A stretch of 64,000 bases of DNA from Candidatus Pollutiaquabacter sp. (GTDB lineage: Bacteria > Bacteroidota > Bacteroidia > AKYH767-A > 2013-40CM-41-45). Below, piece by piece: positions 18,901 through 28,104 of this stretch. Below the pieces are notes generated by a model. It saw only the letters and a program-made list of their open reading frames with translations. It was not told the DNA's origin and did not search any database. The stretch spans positions 444 through 64,443 of the forward strand of contig CANIAS010000007.1 of the NCBI GenBank assembly GCA_947465495.1. The letters are read 5' to 3'. A program made the translations under genes and the position numbers. Within the stretch, counting starts at the first letter, position 1, and every line of letters begins with the position of its first letter.

Positions 18901-20901
18901 ACTTTTGCAACGGTAACGATTAGCACCATACTTTCCGTAAACGCCAGTGCAGACGATACCATTTGTTCAGGTTCCAGTGCGGTATTGTCAGTGCCATCAG
19001 CTAGTCCGGGTAGTACATTTTCGTGGGTCCCGACTGTAGGAGTGAGTAACCCTGCCGCGGCTAGTCCACTTGTTTCGCCAGTCGCAACTACGACCTATAC
19101 TGTGACTGTGACGGACCCAACAGGTTGTTATGGAAGTGATGTGGTTACTGTGTGCATTGACCCCATCATCACAGCATCCGTAGTTGTGCAAAACGTTTCT
19201 TGTGCTGGTGGCCAGGACGGTGCGGCTACAATTTCTGCCGTTGGAGGCACTGGTCCGTTTCTATATCAATGGTCGAACGGATGTGATACTGCTCGTTGCA
19301 GCGGATTAACTCCCGGAAGTTATACGGCTATTGTAACTGATGCGATTGGGTGTACGACTCAATTATCGGCGTCGATTGTTGAGCCCACGGCCGTAGTAGT
19401 TAGTCTGATACAGGCTGATTCTACTAATTGTCATTTAGGCTGTGATGCAAGTGCTGAAGTGCAGGTGGTGGGAGGTAACGGCGTTTATACCTTTGATTGG
19501 AATACAGTGCCTCGGCAATCATCAAGCTTGGCGACAAACTTATGTGCCGGAAACTATCGCTGTGTCACGATGGATCGCCTTGGGTGTAGGGATTCAATCG
19601 ATATTACTATTTATGAGCCATCCCCAGTTCTGCTTTCTCCAATAAATTCTCAGACGCCTTGTAGCGGAGGAAGTACGCAACTCTCGGTGACCGCAAGCGG
19701 TGGCGCTGATCTTTTTTCATATCAGTGGACTCCTTCAATAGGCTTGTCGAGTGCGACGGTGCAAGCACCAATCGCTAGTCCGGTGGTTGCGACCACCTAT
19801 AGTGTCGTTGCAACCGATCAGCGTGGGTGTACATCCCCAACTTCAACGGTATTGGTTTATCCAGTGGCTACTGCTGCATTAGAAGTAGCGGTTATAGGTG
19901 GCGGTACTATTTGTCCAGGAAGCAGTCAGCCGCTAATAGCTAGCGCAACAGGTGGTAATGGCGGTCCGTATTCGTATGAATGGTCTCCGGCTCCAGGTCT
20001 TTCGGTAACCAACATTCCAAATCCGTTGGTGACACCAGATACTACAACGTGGTATATTGTTACGGTAGTTGATGGTTGCGCTGCTGTAACTACCGATTCT
20101 GTGGTGGTGGACGTTTATCCATCGCCCGTTGCAAGTTTGTCTGCTGACGTTTTTGCTGGTTGTCCTCCTGTGTGTGTTAATTTTTCTTCGGGCACTGCTG
20201 CGGTTTCTTATGCATGGAATTTTGGGCAGGATGAAGGCGGTGACATTTCGGCAGCTCCGTATCATTGTTTCAACGAACCTGGTGATTATACCATTTCACT
20301 TTCTGCTACAACGGCTGCTGGTTGCACGGCTGACACACAAGTTGTGGATATGATTCACGTATACCAAGTTCCTACAGCTCTATTTTCTGCTTCTCCAGAT
20401 CCTGCCACCATTCTTTCTTCTACCGTTTCATTCACGGACCTTTCCACGCCTGATGTATTGGCATGGCGTTGGGAATTTGGCGATGGTAGTATATCAACGG
20501 CTACTTCTCCTGTACATACCTATTCTGCGGATGAGTCGGGTAGTTACCTGGCTGAATTGGTTGTATGGAACCGTAATGGTTGCTCGGATACCGTTCAGGT
20601 CATGGTGGAGATAGGCCCGGAGTTTTCGTTTTTTATTCCGAATTGTTTTACACCGAATGGAGATGGTGTCAACGAAAATTTTCGTGGTCATGGAATAGGC
20701 ATCAAGGAATACAAGCTGATGATTTTTGATCGTTGGGGTGACCTTATTTGGCAAACCACGACGCTGGAGCAAGACTGGGATGGTCGCGCTAATGACGGAA
20801 CGCTCGTATCTCAGCAGGATGCTTTCGACTGGAAGGTTATCTTGACTGATGTCTTCGACAAGAAACATGTTTATTTCGGCCGCGTTTCAATTGTCAAGTG
20901 A
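15946..20901 (+). CDS. Large adhesin-like protein with tandem Ig-like/SprB/PKD repeats and a T9SS type B CTD
   Basis: Signal-like N-terminus, many 'Y.WS.G.T...I.VSP..TT.Y.V' units, SprB-like 'GGTGPFLYQWSNG', PKD domains, and C-terminal 'FIPNCFTPNGDGVNE...IFDRWG'. Confidence 0.88.
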   Translation: MRLHQNTLKVAPSMTVNSIRWCYRIFLWVTVLFASVPAQSQYLIMNEVSNGAVGNQEYVEFLVVSDSVTYDCNSPVPPCIDIRGWIFDDNNGYHGNDGVAGGAVRFSQNPLWSCVPLGTIIVLYNDADRNPAIPADDLSLSDGNCNITAPLNSTLFESNTTTPGAIACSYPATGWTPGGNWNNTVLANTGDCARIVNLAGCEVFSLCYGPDSLNNLIYFPTSGGQRNWYFNGGDPRIQANWSGGSSSPSPGTQTPGLPNNAANAAYIQQFNNSCMPITPIQVTALVSNSGCSCNGTAIARAIGSIGGYTFEWFNGSFQSLGQTDSVATGLCPGLYYVIATSHIGCSDTASVYVSQTGNVTMTATGATACAGSAVTISATASSAGGNYLWSPGGATAASISVNPASTTVYSCTYTLGSCQTTTTATVTINPVPAISVPSSIVCAGVAATLAATVSPAGGTYVWSPGGQTTNSITVSPATTTNYSVTYTLSGCTASATNSVTVNPIPTVSATSTTICSGSNATVTASSSLPGGTYAWSPGGQTTSSITVSPATTTNYTVTYTLNNCSSTSTGRVTVNPLPTVSVAASTICAGSTATMTAVPSLSGGTYAWSPGGQTTNAISVIPANTTIYSVVYTLSGCAASDTSVVTVNPLPVVSVNSPSICRGSVGTLSASGATSYSWSSGNISSSITVSPVSTTNYTVTGTTSGCSSSTISTLTVLPLPVVTVNSDSVCAGGSLNLQATGATSYSWSNGAAGSIITVTPFTTTSYTVVGTTAGCTATAISTVNVVPAPVVAVNSVSICRGSSAVLIATGASDYQWSNGATTPIISVSPANTSTYTVVGSIGTCNSSAIATVTVRPLPIVLVSSAVICAGQSTSLNASGASVYSWSNGSVNNSITVSPAVTTNYTVVGTTNSCSDTALSIVTVNPLPLVSVNSATICPGSTAILSANGATSYQWSNGATQPSISVSPMSTTTYSVVGTTLGCSATTFATVTISTILSVNASADDTICSGSSAVLSVPSASPGSTFSWVPTVGVSNPAAASPLVSPVATTTYTVTVTDPTGCYGSDVVTVCIDPIITASVVVQNVSCAGGQDGAATISAVGGTGPFLYQWSNGCDTARCSGLTPGSYTAIVTDAIGCTTQLSASIVEPTAVVVSLIQADSTNCHLGCDASAEVQVVGGNGVYTFDWNTVPRQSSSLATNLCAGNYRCVTMDRLGCRDSIDITIYEPSPVLLSPINSQTPCSGGSTQLSVTASGGADLFSYQWTPSIGLSSATVQAPIASPVVATTYSVVATDQRGCTSPTSTVLVYPVATAALEVAVIGGGTICPGSSQPLIASATGGNGGPYSYEWSPAPGLSVTNIPNPLVTPDTTTWYIVTVVDGCAAVTTDSVVVDVYPSPVASLSADVFAGCPPVCVNFSSGTAAVSYAWNFGQDEGGDISAAPYHCFNEPGDYTISLSATTAAGCTADTQVVDMIHVYQVPTALFSASPDPATILSSTVSFTDLSTPDVLAWRWEFGDGSISTATSPVHTYSADESGSYLAELVVWNRNGCSDTVQVMVEIGPEFSFFIPNCFTPNGDGVNENFRGHGIGIKEYKLMIFDRWGDLIWQTTTLEQDWDGRANDGTLVSQQDAFDWKVILTDVFDKKHVYFGRVSIVK
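17010..18930 (+). repeat. Intragenic tandem domain repeats (219-bp then 207-bp period)
   Basis: Conserved Trp codons at 17110, 17329, 17548, 17767 (219-bp spacing) and at 17977, 18184, 18391, 18598, 18805 (207-bp spacing). Boundaries are approximate. Confidence 0.8.
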
Positions 20902-21129
20902 GTTTTTGTAATTCAATAACAACAGAAATATACTCTAAACTGCATACTGCTCTTCAGAAAATAAATAGTACAACAAAAAATTGAGCAACCATTGAATCCT
21001 AACGTAGATTGATTATTATGGAATAAAAGAGTTTAAAATGAGTTGTGATGCTGTGAAAGTGAAAAAACACATTGTTATTCCGCATCAATAGTAACTTATC
21101 TTTTTCGTGATATCTATACTATGGATTTC

Positions 21130-21159
21130 AAAAAAAAACGCCCTGAATTCAGGGCGTTT
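21130..21159 (-). terminator. Rho-independent terminator (probably bidirectional) between convergent genes
   Basis: AAACGCCCTG-AATT-CAGGGCGTTT, preceded by an A9 tract. Confidence 0.85.
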
Positions 21160-21182
21160 AAATTATCCGTCAGCTATTATTA

Positions 21183-22817
21183 TTAGTGACTAGCGGTTAC
21201 TTGTTGATCGTAGTCGAGACCTTGTGCTTTTAAGATGTTTCTTGTTTTGATCGCATGCCAAGTCATGTAGATAAAACAAAATAACGGAAGTACGTAGGAG
21301 AAGTGGGTGTAGCTCATGCCTAGTATGTTGCCGCCGCTCAATTTGTCAATATCGCAAATTACTCCTTGTGCAGGCGGAATGATGGCGCCACCAAGAATCA
21401 TCATGATGAGAAATGCTGATCCTTGGCTGGTGTATTTGCCAAGACCGGTCACCGCCAAAGCGAAGATACAAGGCCACATCACCGAACAACAAAGTCCGCC
21501 GCTGATGAAAGCGTAGGTGCTAATAGAGCCGGTAGTCGTCAATCCGATGATCATCGCCACACTGCCCAATCCCGCTACGGTCATTAGCATTTTTGCCGGA
21601 CGTTCATTGGCATAAAAGAACGCAGCTATCAGGAAGAATACACAGACAACATATACATACAAGTTGCTAACGTCGTTGCCACGCAGGTGATTAACTCCAA
21701 GGATTACGGCAAAAGCAATTAAAGGCATAATTACCGTGAGTAACTTCTTGGTTGATGTAGATAGGTTGAACGCCGATATGGCTCCTGTCCAACGGCCAAT
21801 CATTAGACTTCCCCAATAGAGTGATATGAATTGGGAGATGAACTTTTCGTCTAGCCCGCCGAATTCCGGTTGCTTAAGCAAGGCTCCCATGTTACTCTGC
21901 ACCGTAACTTCCATGCCGACATATACGAAGATGGCGATCATTCCCAACACAAGTTGCGGATATTGCATCGCGCCCCAGCCTTGACGTTCTTTGGACGCCG
22001 TATTCATGGCATAGAAAAGTAATCCGAGTACCACAACCAAGGATCCAAATACCAGGTAAACTCGGTTGCTTTCTCCAATGGCGTCATTAAAGAATAATAA
22101 GATGATGGTTGGGATGGAGATTAAAAAAAGAATATTGGTGGCCTTTCCACTTTTCTCTACGTGCTCTTCTTGTTGAATAGCAGGGAGATTTTTGTTGGCA
22201 ATAAAAAACAAGGCGACAAAGAGAAAAAGTCCTGCTAGCAATAGGTACAATGTCTTAATGGATTGAATGGTTGCATTTCCTGCATTGTTCAGATCGCCGA
22301 AGAGAATATAACTTACTGCCAACGGTCCCAGTAGTGTGCCAAGTGAGTTGACGCCGCCTGCTAGGTTTAACCGGTGAGCACCGGTCGCCGGACTACCTAA
22401 GGCGATGGCAAACGGCTGTGCTGAAGTTTGTTGCAGTGAAAATCCCAACGCAATCAGAAAGAACGAGGCGAGGATCATCGGAAACGTAGCGCTGGCTGAG
22501 GTAGAAACAAATGCTAGTGAAAGCGCACCGATCACTGACATTAGCAAGCCAAGAATGATTCCATTTTTATAGCCAATACGGTTTAAGATGTCTAATCCCG
22601 AAAAAGATGAGGCGAGATACAACAACAATGAACCGAAAAAGTAGGCGCCATAAAACGATGTGTCAATCAGTTGTGATTGGAATTGGTTGAGGCTGAAGTG
22701 TGTTTTACAGAAAGGGATGAAAATGCCGTTGGATGCGGCTACGAAGCCCCAGAAGAAAAAGACCGTCACCAAAGAGGGTAGGGCGGCTTTACTGTAGGAA
22801 GGGATGTTTGAGCTCAT
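21183..22817 (-). CDS. MFS sugar transporter, FucP/GluP family
   Basis: 'VFFFWGF', 'LQQTSAQPF', 'RLNLAGGVNSLG', 'IFVYVGMEV' and 'LIMMILGGAIIP', with many TM helices. ATG at 22817 preferred. Confidence 0.88.
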   Translation of the reverse strand: MSSNIPSYSKAALPSLVTVFFFWGFVAASNGIFIPFCKTHFSLNQFQSQLIDTSFYGAYFFGSLLLYLASSFSGLDILNRIGYKNGIILGLLMSVIGALSLAFVSTSASATFPMILASFFLIALGFSLQQTSAQPFAIALGSPATGAHRLNLAGGVNSLGTLLGPLAVSYILFGDLNNAGNATIQSIKTLYLLLAGLFLFVALFFIANKNLPAIQQEEHVEKSGKATNILFLISIPTIILLFFNDAIGESNRVYLVFGSLVVVLGLLFYAMNTASKERQGWGAMQYPQLVLGMIAIFVYVGMEVTVQSNMGALLKQPEFGGLDEKFISQFISLYWGSLMIGRWTGAISAFNLSTSTKKLLTVIMPLIAFAVILGVNHLRGNDVSNLYVYVVCVFFLIAAFFYANERPAKMLMTVAGLGSVAMIIGLTTTGSISTYAFISGGLCCSVMWPCIFALAVTGLGKYTSQGSAFLIMMILGGAIIPPAQGVICDIDKLSGGNILGMSYTHFSYVLPLFCFIYMTWHAIKTRNILKAQGLDYDQQVTASH

Positions 22818-23164
22818 AGAATTGGTTTTGTAGGATATGAATGGTGTGATTGACTGGAGTGACACTGTAAATGTAAAATTATCTTTTATCAATGGGTAGG
22901 AAAATCACAGGGTAATACACGGCCAGCTTCCCTTCATAATCTACCTAAGAAAACGACATGCGATGTAGGTTGTTATTATCGATTTTCTGTTGGGTTCAGT
23001 GGAAATGCCATGGCGTAAACGGCGTATTAGTATGCCATTATTTCAATACATTTGCTAACGTCGTCGTGGTTTTTTAGCCAGTGTTTAGGTGGGCCATCGT
23101 TGGCTTCTAGGCAATGCTTGAACGATGCGAAAGTGGTCCAAAATTATATTCTGCCATGATAACT

Positions 23165-23944
23165 ATGAAATACTCGAAATTCTTAACGGTACTCTTGTGC
23201 TTGTGTTCGTTTCATTCGAACGCTCAACTCGATTTGTCGATTATCTATGATGCAACACAGGGTGTCTCTGGGCTCGTAGGCGCTTCAAAGGTGTATATGC
23301 AGTCAGGGGCAAATGACATGCCTGGTCCGCTGGATGGATCCACCTGGAGTTATGTGGTTGGGAATTGGGGATTGGACGATGGCGTAGGAGAGTTGGTTCC
23401 CTTGGGGAATGACCGATGGGCTATTTCAATAGACCCGTTGCTGTTTTATAGTCTCGCACCTACGGGGCCAGTCGTTGGATCATCTATTGCCAGGATTGGA
23501 ATGATCTTTCGTGATGAAACTGGAATGCTCACCGGCCGTGATGATAACGATGACGTAATTTATTTGGATCTCACTTCGAATCCTCCTGCTGTTTTTAATG
23601 CCAATGGTACCCCATTTGCCGGCGTAGCGGCTGCAACTTCTCCGGTATCCGTAAATGCTATCTTCGATGAGCAAATGGAGGTGGTTAATTCTCCCAATCC
23701 ATTGACTAAATCCACTGTGTTCTCTTACAAGATTAATTCGGCCACTGACGTTTCCATACACATTTTTGATGCTCAGGGACGAATGGTGAATACAGTGATT
23801 AACGAAAATCAGTCAGCCGGAGTACACCACGTTGCATGGAATGGAGATGATTTTCTAGGGAAGCCTCTGGCTTCCGGTATTTATACCTATTCCTTGTTCT
23901 CAGGTACCCGTTGTGCTAATGGCAAGCTGGTAATTGTTCGATGA
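23165..23944 (+). CDS. T9SS type A/FlgD-like CTD protein with a small N-terminal (putative carbohydrate-binding) module
   Basis: Signal peptide (…SNAQ), N-terminal 'YDATQG...GNWGLDDGVG...IFRD' module, and CTD 'NSPNP...IFDAQGR...WNG...LASGIY'. Confidence 0.7.
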   Translation: MKYSKFLTVLLCLCSFHSNAQLDLSIIYDATQGVSGLVGASKVYMQSGANDMPGPLDGSTWSYVVGNWGLDDGVGELVPLGNDRWAISIDPLLFYSLAPTGPVVGSSIARIGMIFRDETGMLTGRDDNDDVIYLDLTSNPPAVFNANGTPFAGVAAATSPVSVNAIFDEQMEVVNSPNPLTKSTVFSYKINSATDVSIHIFDAQGRMVNTVINENQSAGVHHVAWNGDDFLGKPLASGIYTYSLFSGTRCANGKLVIVR

Positions 23945-24015
23945 TTGATAGGTTGTAGTTGCTAACAAGGATGAACGATAGATTCATCGTACTACTTTAA
24001 CTTCTATTTCTAGAT

Positions 24016-25635
24016 ATGACTGGTAAACCCGCTTTTGATTTTCCGGAGAAGGATTCTATTCCTGCAGAATTTGCAATAATTGAGTCAGTCGAACAACGAG
24101 AATATTTGGTAAATGGAGAGATACGCATTTGGCAAGGTCCGGTGGCTGATGTTTTTTCTCCCATATACTTAAAATTGGATGGGGTGTTGACGCAGGCACG
24201 CATTGGTTCGCAACCGGTGCTCGATCGGCACGCTGCTTTGGAAGCCATGAATGCGGCTATTGGGGCCTACGACGAAGGACGCGGAGAGTGGGCAACCATG
24301 CGCGTGAAAGATCGCATCGATTGCATGGTGCGTTTTGCTCGTGCAATGAAAGAGAAGCGAGAGGAAGTCGTTAAATTGCTGATGTGGGAAATCGGAAAGA
24401 CGTTGGCGGACTCCCGCAAGGAATTTGATCGGACTATTGACTATATTTTTGAAACCATTGATGCATTAAAGAGCCTCGACCGCGATAGCTCGCGAATCCA
24501 AAAAGTGCAAGGAGTCTATGCGCAGATTCGTCGTGGACCATTAGGTGTGGCACTCTGCATGGGTCCGTATAATTATCCGCTCAACGAGACCTATTGCAGT
24601 CTTATACCGGCTTTGCTGATGGGTAATTCCGTCGTGTTTAAACCGGCAAAATATGGCGTGCTGCTACATCGGCCACTGTTGGAGGCCTTTCGGGATTCCT
24701 TTCCAAAAGGTGTAATAAATGTGATCTACGGCGAAGGTGCAGAGACCAGCGGGACTTTGATGCAGTCAGGTAAAATTGATGTGTTGTCTTTTATTGGCAC
24801 TAGCAAAGTGGCCAATATTCTAAAGAAACAACATCCCTATCCCAATCGGTTGCGTGCGGCCTTAGGGTTGGAGGCGAAAAATCCCGCCATCATCATGCCG
24901 GATGCAGATATGGAACTTGCAGTCGAAGAGTGCATCACAGGCTCACTTTCATACAATGGACAACGATGCACTGCGCTTAAAATGATTTTCGTGCATGAAG
25001 ATGTTGTGGAGCAGTTTATGGATAAATACCAGCGTCGCTTAAAAACCTTGAAGTCCGGAATGCCGTGGGAAGATCAGGTAGTGCTAACGCCACTTCCGGA
25101 AAAAGGTAAGACGGAATTTTTGAAGGAGCTCATCGATGATGCTTGTTCAAAGGGTGCTCGAATTATGAATGAAGGCGGAGGTGAGGTGCTGAAATCATTC
25201 CTGTATCCTGCTGTGCTTTATCCGGTGAATTCGGAAATGAGAATTTATCATGAAGAGCAGTTTGGGCCAGTTGTTCCAGTGGTGTCTTTCAACGATGTCA
25301 GTCAGCCTATTGACTATATGGTGAATTCGAATTTTGGTCAGCAGGTTAGTATTTTCTCTACCAATCCCGACGTTATTGCTCATCTTGTAGATCCCTTAGT
25401 CAATCAGGTTTGCCGGGTCAACATCAATAGTCAATGCCAGCGTGGCCCTGATGTCTTTCCATTTAACGGACGAAAGGACTCAGCAGAAGGTACTCTGAGT
25501 GTCAGTGATGCCCTCCGTGTATTCTCTATCCGTACATTGGTAGCGGTCAAACAGTCATCACTAAACGATAAAATCCTGGCGGAAATATTGGAGGAACGAA
25601 AGTCGACCTTCCTAAGGACCGACTATATTCTTTGA
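24016..25635 (+). CDS. gapN: NADP-dependent non-phosphorylating glyceraldehyde-3-phosphate dehydrogenase (ALDH family)
   Basis: 'GPYNYPLNE', 'FKPAK', 'FIGTS', catalytic 'LGLEAKN' and 'YNGQRCTA', 'EEQFGPV', '[14 protein letters not shown]'. Confidence 0.85.
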   Translation: MTGKPAFDFPEKDSIPAEFAIIESVEQREYLVNGEIRIWQGPVADVFSPIYLKLDGVLTQARIGSQPVLDRHAALEAMNAAIGAYDEGRGEWATMRVKDRIDCMVRFARAMKEKREEVVKLLMWEIGKTLADSRKEFDRTIDYIFETIDALKSLDRDSSRIQKVQGVYAQIRRGPLGVALCMGPYNYPLNETYCSLIPALLMGNSVVFKPAKYGVLLHRPLLEAFRDSFPKGVINVIYGEGAETSGTLMQSGKIDVLSFIGTSKVANILKKQHPYPNRLRAALGLEAKNPAIIMPDADMELAVEECITGSLSYNGQRCTALKMIFVHEDVVEQFMDKYQRRLKTLKSGMPWEDQVVLTPLPEKGKTEFLKELIDDACSKGARIMNEGGGEVLKSFLYPAVLYPVNSEMRIYHEEQFGPVVPVVSFNDVSQPIDYMVNSNFGQQVSIFSTNPDVIAHLVDPLVNQVCRVNINSQCQRGPDVFPFNGRKDSAEGTLSVSDALRVFSIRTLVAVKQSSLNDKILAEILEERKSTFLRTDYIL

Positions 25636-25692
25636 TTTAATATTGCTCACCTTTCCGTAGCTTGCATCGGTAAACTATTTATCTATTACGCA

Positions 25693-26547
25693 ATGATTCT
25701 TGTAGCCGACAGCGGTTCTACTAAATGCGATTGGATAACCATCGACCAAGGTGTTATCGGTGAAAAATCCAGTACAGTAGGATTTAATCCTTATTTCTGT
25801 GACGAGTCTTTTATTTTGAATGGCCTAAGCTCGAATTCTTCACTCGTTGCGATTAAAGGTAAGGTCAAAGAAATTCACTTCTATGGAGCAGGTTGTTCCA
25901 GTCCTGAGCGAAATGACATTGTACGCCATGCACTACAAAAGTTTTTTCCGGAGGCTGACGTAGAGGTAGAGCACGATGTGTTAGCATCAGCCATTGCCAC
26001 TTGTGGTAATCATCCTGGCTTAGCGTGTATATTGGGTACGGGTAGCAATTCCTGTTATTATGATGGTAAAATTGTACACGATAGTAACTTCGGATTGGGT
26101 TATATCATGGGCGATGAGGGGAGCGGAAGTTATTTTGGAAAAAAACTAATCACGCATTACTTGTACGGGATTCTCCCTGAGCCGACACTATCTGCCTTTC
26201 AGTCACGGTATTTGATGAATAAGGAAATCATGATCGAACATGTGTACGCAAGTCCTGGTGCTAATGTGTGGTTGGCATCCTTCGCAAAGTTCTTTACGGA
26301 ACATCCGAACGATGTCTGGGTGAGAAAGATGGTTCAAAAAGGATTTGAAGAATTTTTCGATCTCGCGGTGATCAACTATCCGGATTATCGAAAGTTGGAA
26401 GTACATTTTGTGGGCAGTATAGCCTTCTATTTCGAAGATATCTTACGCGCTGTTGGTGCATCCCGCGAAGCTAAGGTTGGTCGGATAGTTCGTCAACCAA
26501 TACTTGGATTGGCAGAGTTTTTTAAGGCGAAATCAATTGCTTCGTAA
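25693..26547 (+). CDS. BadF/BadG/BcrA/BcrD-type ATPase, N-acetylglucosamine kinase-like
   Basis: 'ILVADSGSTKCDW', 'FYGAGC', 'ILGTGSNSC', 'GYIMGDEGSG', 'FVGSIAF'. Confidence 0.85.
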   Translation: MILVADSGSTKCDWITIDQGVIGEKSSTVGFNPYFCDESFILNGLSSNSSLVAIKGKVKEIHFYGAGCSSPERNDIVRHALQKFFPEADVEVEHDVLASAIATCGNHPGLACILGTGSNSCYYDGKIVHDSNFGLGYIMGDEGSGSYFGKKLITHYLYGILPEPTLSAFQSRYLMNKEIMIEHVYASPGANVWLASFAKFFTEHPNDVWVRKMVQKGFEEFFDLAVINYPDYRKLEVHFVGSIAFYFEDILRAVGASREAKVGRIVRQPILGLAEFFKAKSIAS

Positions 26548-26619
26548 TCCAGCCGACTTTTATCGAAATGGACTTGGTAGATGCATCAACCATCGATAGC
26601 ATTGACTGGTTGACGATAT

Positions 26620-26647
26620 AAAAAAAGCCTTCCGATTGGAAGGCTTT
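26620..26647. terminator. Terminator between convergent kinase and YHYH genes
   Basis: AAAGCCTTCC-GATT-GGAAGGCTTT with an upstream A-tract. Confidence 0.85.
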
Positions 26648-26674
26648 CTGCATGATGAAAATCTTGTTTAGTTG

Positions 26675-28042
26675 TTAGCGGTGAATGATCACGCGTTTCA
26701 CGTTAGCGTCGTTGCTGTTCAGGATACGTAGTAGGTAGGCGCCGCTGTAAAGTTTGCTGGTGTCGAAAAAGCCAATCGACTGGCCGGCTTGAATGGTTGT
26801 TTCCAGCACCTTGTTTCCAAGTATATCGAAGAGTCCGATTTGTGTAGCTGTACGGTTGATGTTTTTAATTTGTATCGCGATAAGATCAGACGCCGGATTT
26901 GGATAGACTTTGATCTCTTCCACTGAAATAGGCGTAATGCCTGTAGAGGAAGGAATATAGACGGTTACTTGCTCCGTGATGGTCGTTACCTTTGCAGCAG
27001 AGACTACTCCGTAAAAGGTCGGACCTACGACATAAGGGTACGCTGAATTCCAATTGCTGTCTACGGTGCAGAAATAAGCATAAGTTCCATTTGGATATTC
27101 AGGCGTCACGCAGTAGCGTCCGTTGTGTTCATCCAGGTATTCGGTTTGACCAGCAGCAGGGGCGATGTACTCATAATCTTCTCGGAAATATCCAAGTGGA
27201 TAGGTGCTGCTAACGGGAGGCCCCGCGGTGACTGTTGCTCCCGTGGGAGAGGTAGTGCGGGTGGTGATGTTGCGTAACCGGTAGCTGGAACGCATACGCG
27301 TAATTGTTCCCGATCCGTTCAAGTCTTGAAAACCATATGCGCCATAAATTGGAAACCCATCGAAAGCGAAGCCGAGTAGCGGGGAGTGCTGGCTGCTATC
27401 GATGGCATACAAGCCATCAGAATCGTATAGGTTACAAACGGTGGAGATAGGATGTAAATCCAAGTCGAATGCGGAGGGATTTTGGTGATGATGATAGTTG
27501 CCCATGGCTGGATGTCCTTTCGCACAGTCGAAACCTGCGCGTTCGGCCACAATGGCATCACGGTTCCAGCTCATGGCAGCGCCAGGTCCTCCAGGGCAAG
27601 GAGGGTTACCCGGACCGCCACACAAGGCGTTGGTTGTAGCATTCCAAGCAACACCATCCCGGTAATCAAATAGCGCTACGCCGTTGATGAATATACCGAT
27701 ATCGCCGCCTGTTGTATTCGTGGGCGTTCCGGTATTCTGGATGGGATTTAAAGGGAACCTAAATGTGGCATTCTGGCTAGTAGTAATGGATGGATTACCG
27801 TCCAAGAAAGGGCCTGTTGGGTAGGCTGGAACGCCTTTGGTTCGTATGTAAACGTTGTTTGTGGAATACAATACGGTTTGAACGTTCGCCGAGTCAGTCA
27901 TTTGAATCAATACCGAACTGCCTTGGGCGTACCGGCTGCCGGTGGTTCCATTGGTATTTTGCAGCCAGGAGGTAATGACAGGTCCCTGTGCAAAGGCAGC
28001 CAAACTTACTAATAAGAGGCTTGATAGAATTGTTTTTTTCAT
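26675..28042 (-). CDS. YHYH domain protein with T9SS type A CTD
   Basis: Signal peptide, 'IGIFINGVALF', 'GHP..GNYHHH', 'HSPLLGFAFDGFPIYG', 'LDEHNGR..TPEYPNGTYAY', and CTD 'VYPNPASD'. Confidence 0.85.
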   Translation of the reverse strand: MKKTILSSLLLVSLAAFAQGPVITSWLQNTNGTTGSRYAQGSSVLIQMTDSANVQTVLYSTNNVYIRTKGVPAYPTGPFLDGNPSITTSQNATFRFPLNPIQNTGTPTNTTGGDIGIFINGVALFDYRDGVAWNATTNALCGGPGNPPCPGGPGAAMSWNRDAIVAERAGFDCAKGHPAMGNYHHHQNPSAFDLDLHPISTVCNLYDSDGLYAIDSSQHSPLLGFAFDGFPIYGAYGFQDLNGSGTITRMRSSYRLRNITTRTTSPTGATVTAGPPVSSTYPLGYFREDYEYIAPAAGQTEYLDEHNGRYCVTPEYPNGTYAYFCTVDSNWNSAYPYVVGPTFYGVVSAAKVTTITEQVTVYIPSSTGITPISVEEIKVYPNPASDLIAIQIKNINRTATQIGLFDILGNKVLETTIQAGQSIGFFDTSKLYSGAYLLRILNSNDANVKRVIIHR

Positions 28043-28104
28043 GAATACTGAAGGTTTAATTGGTAGTTATAGTTATTTGATTATTAATTATTTAATGATT
28101 TTAT

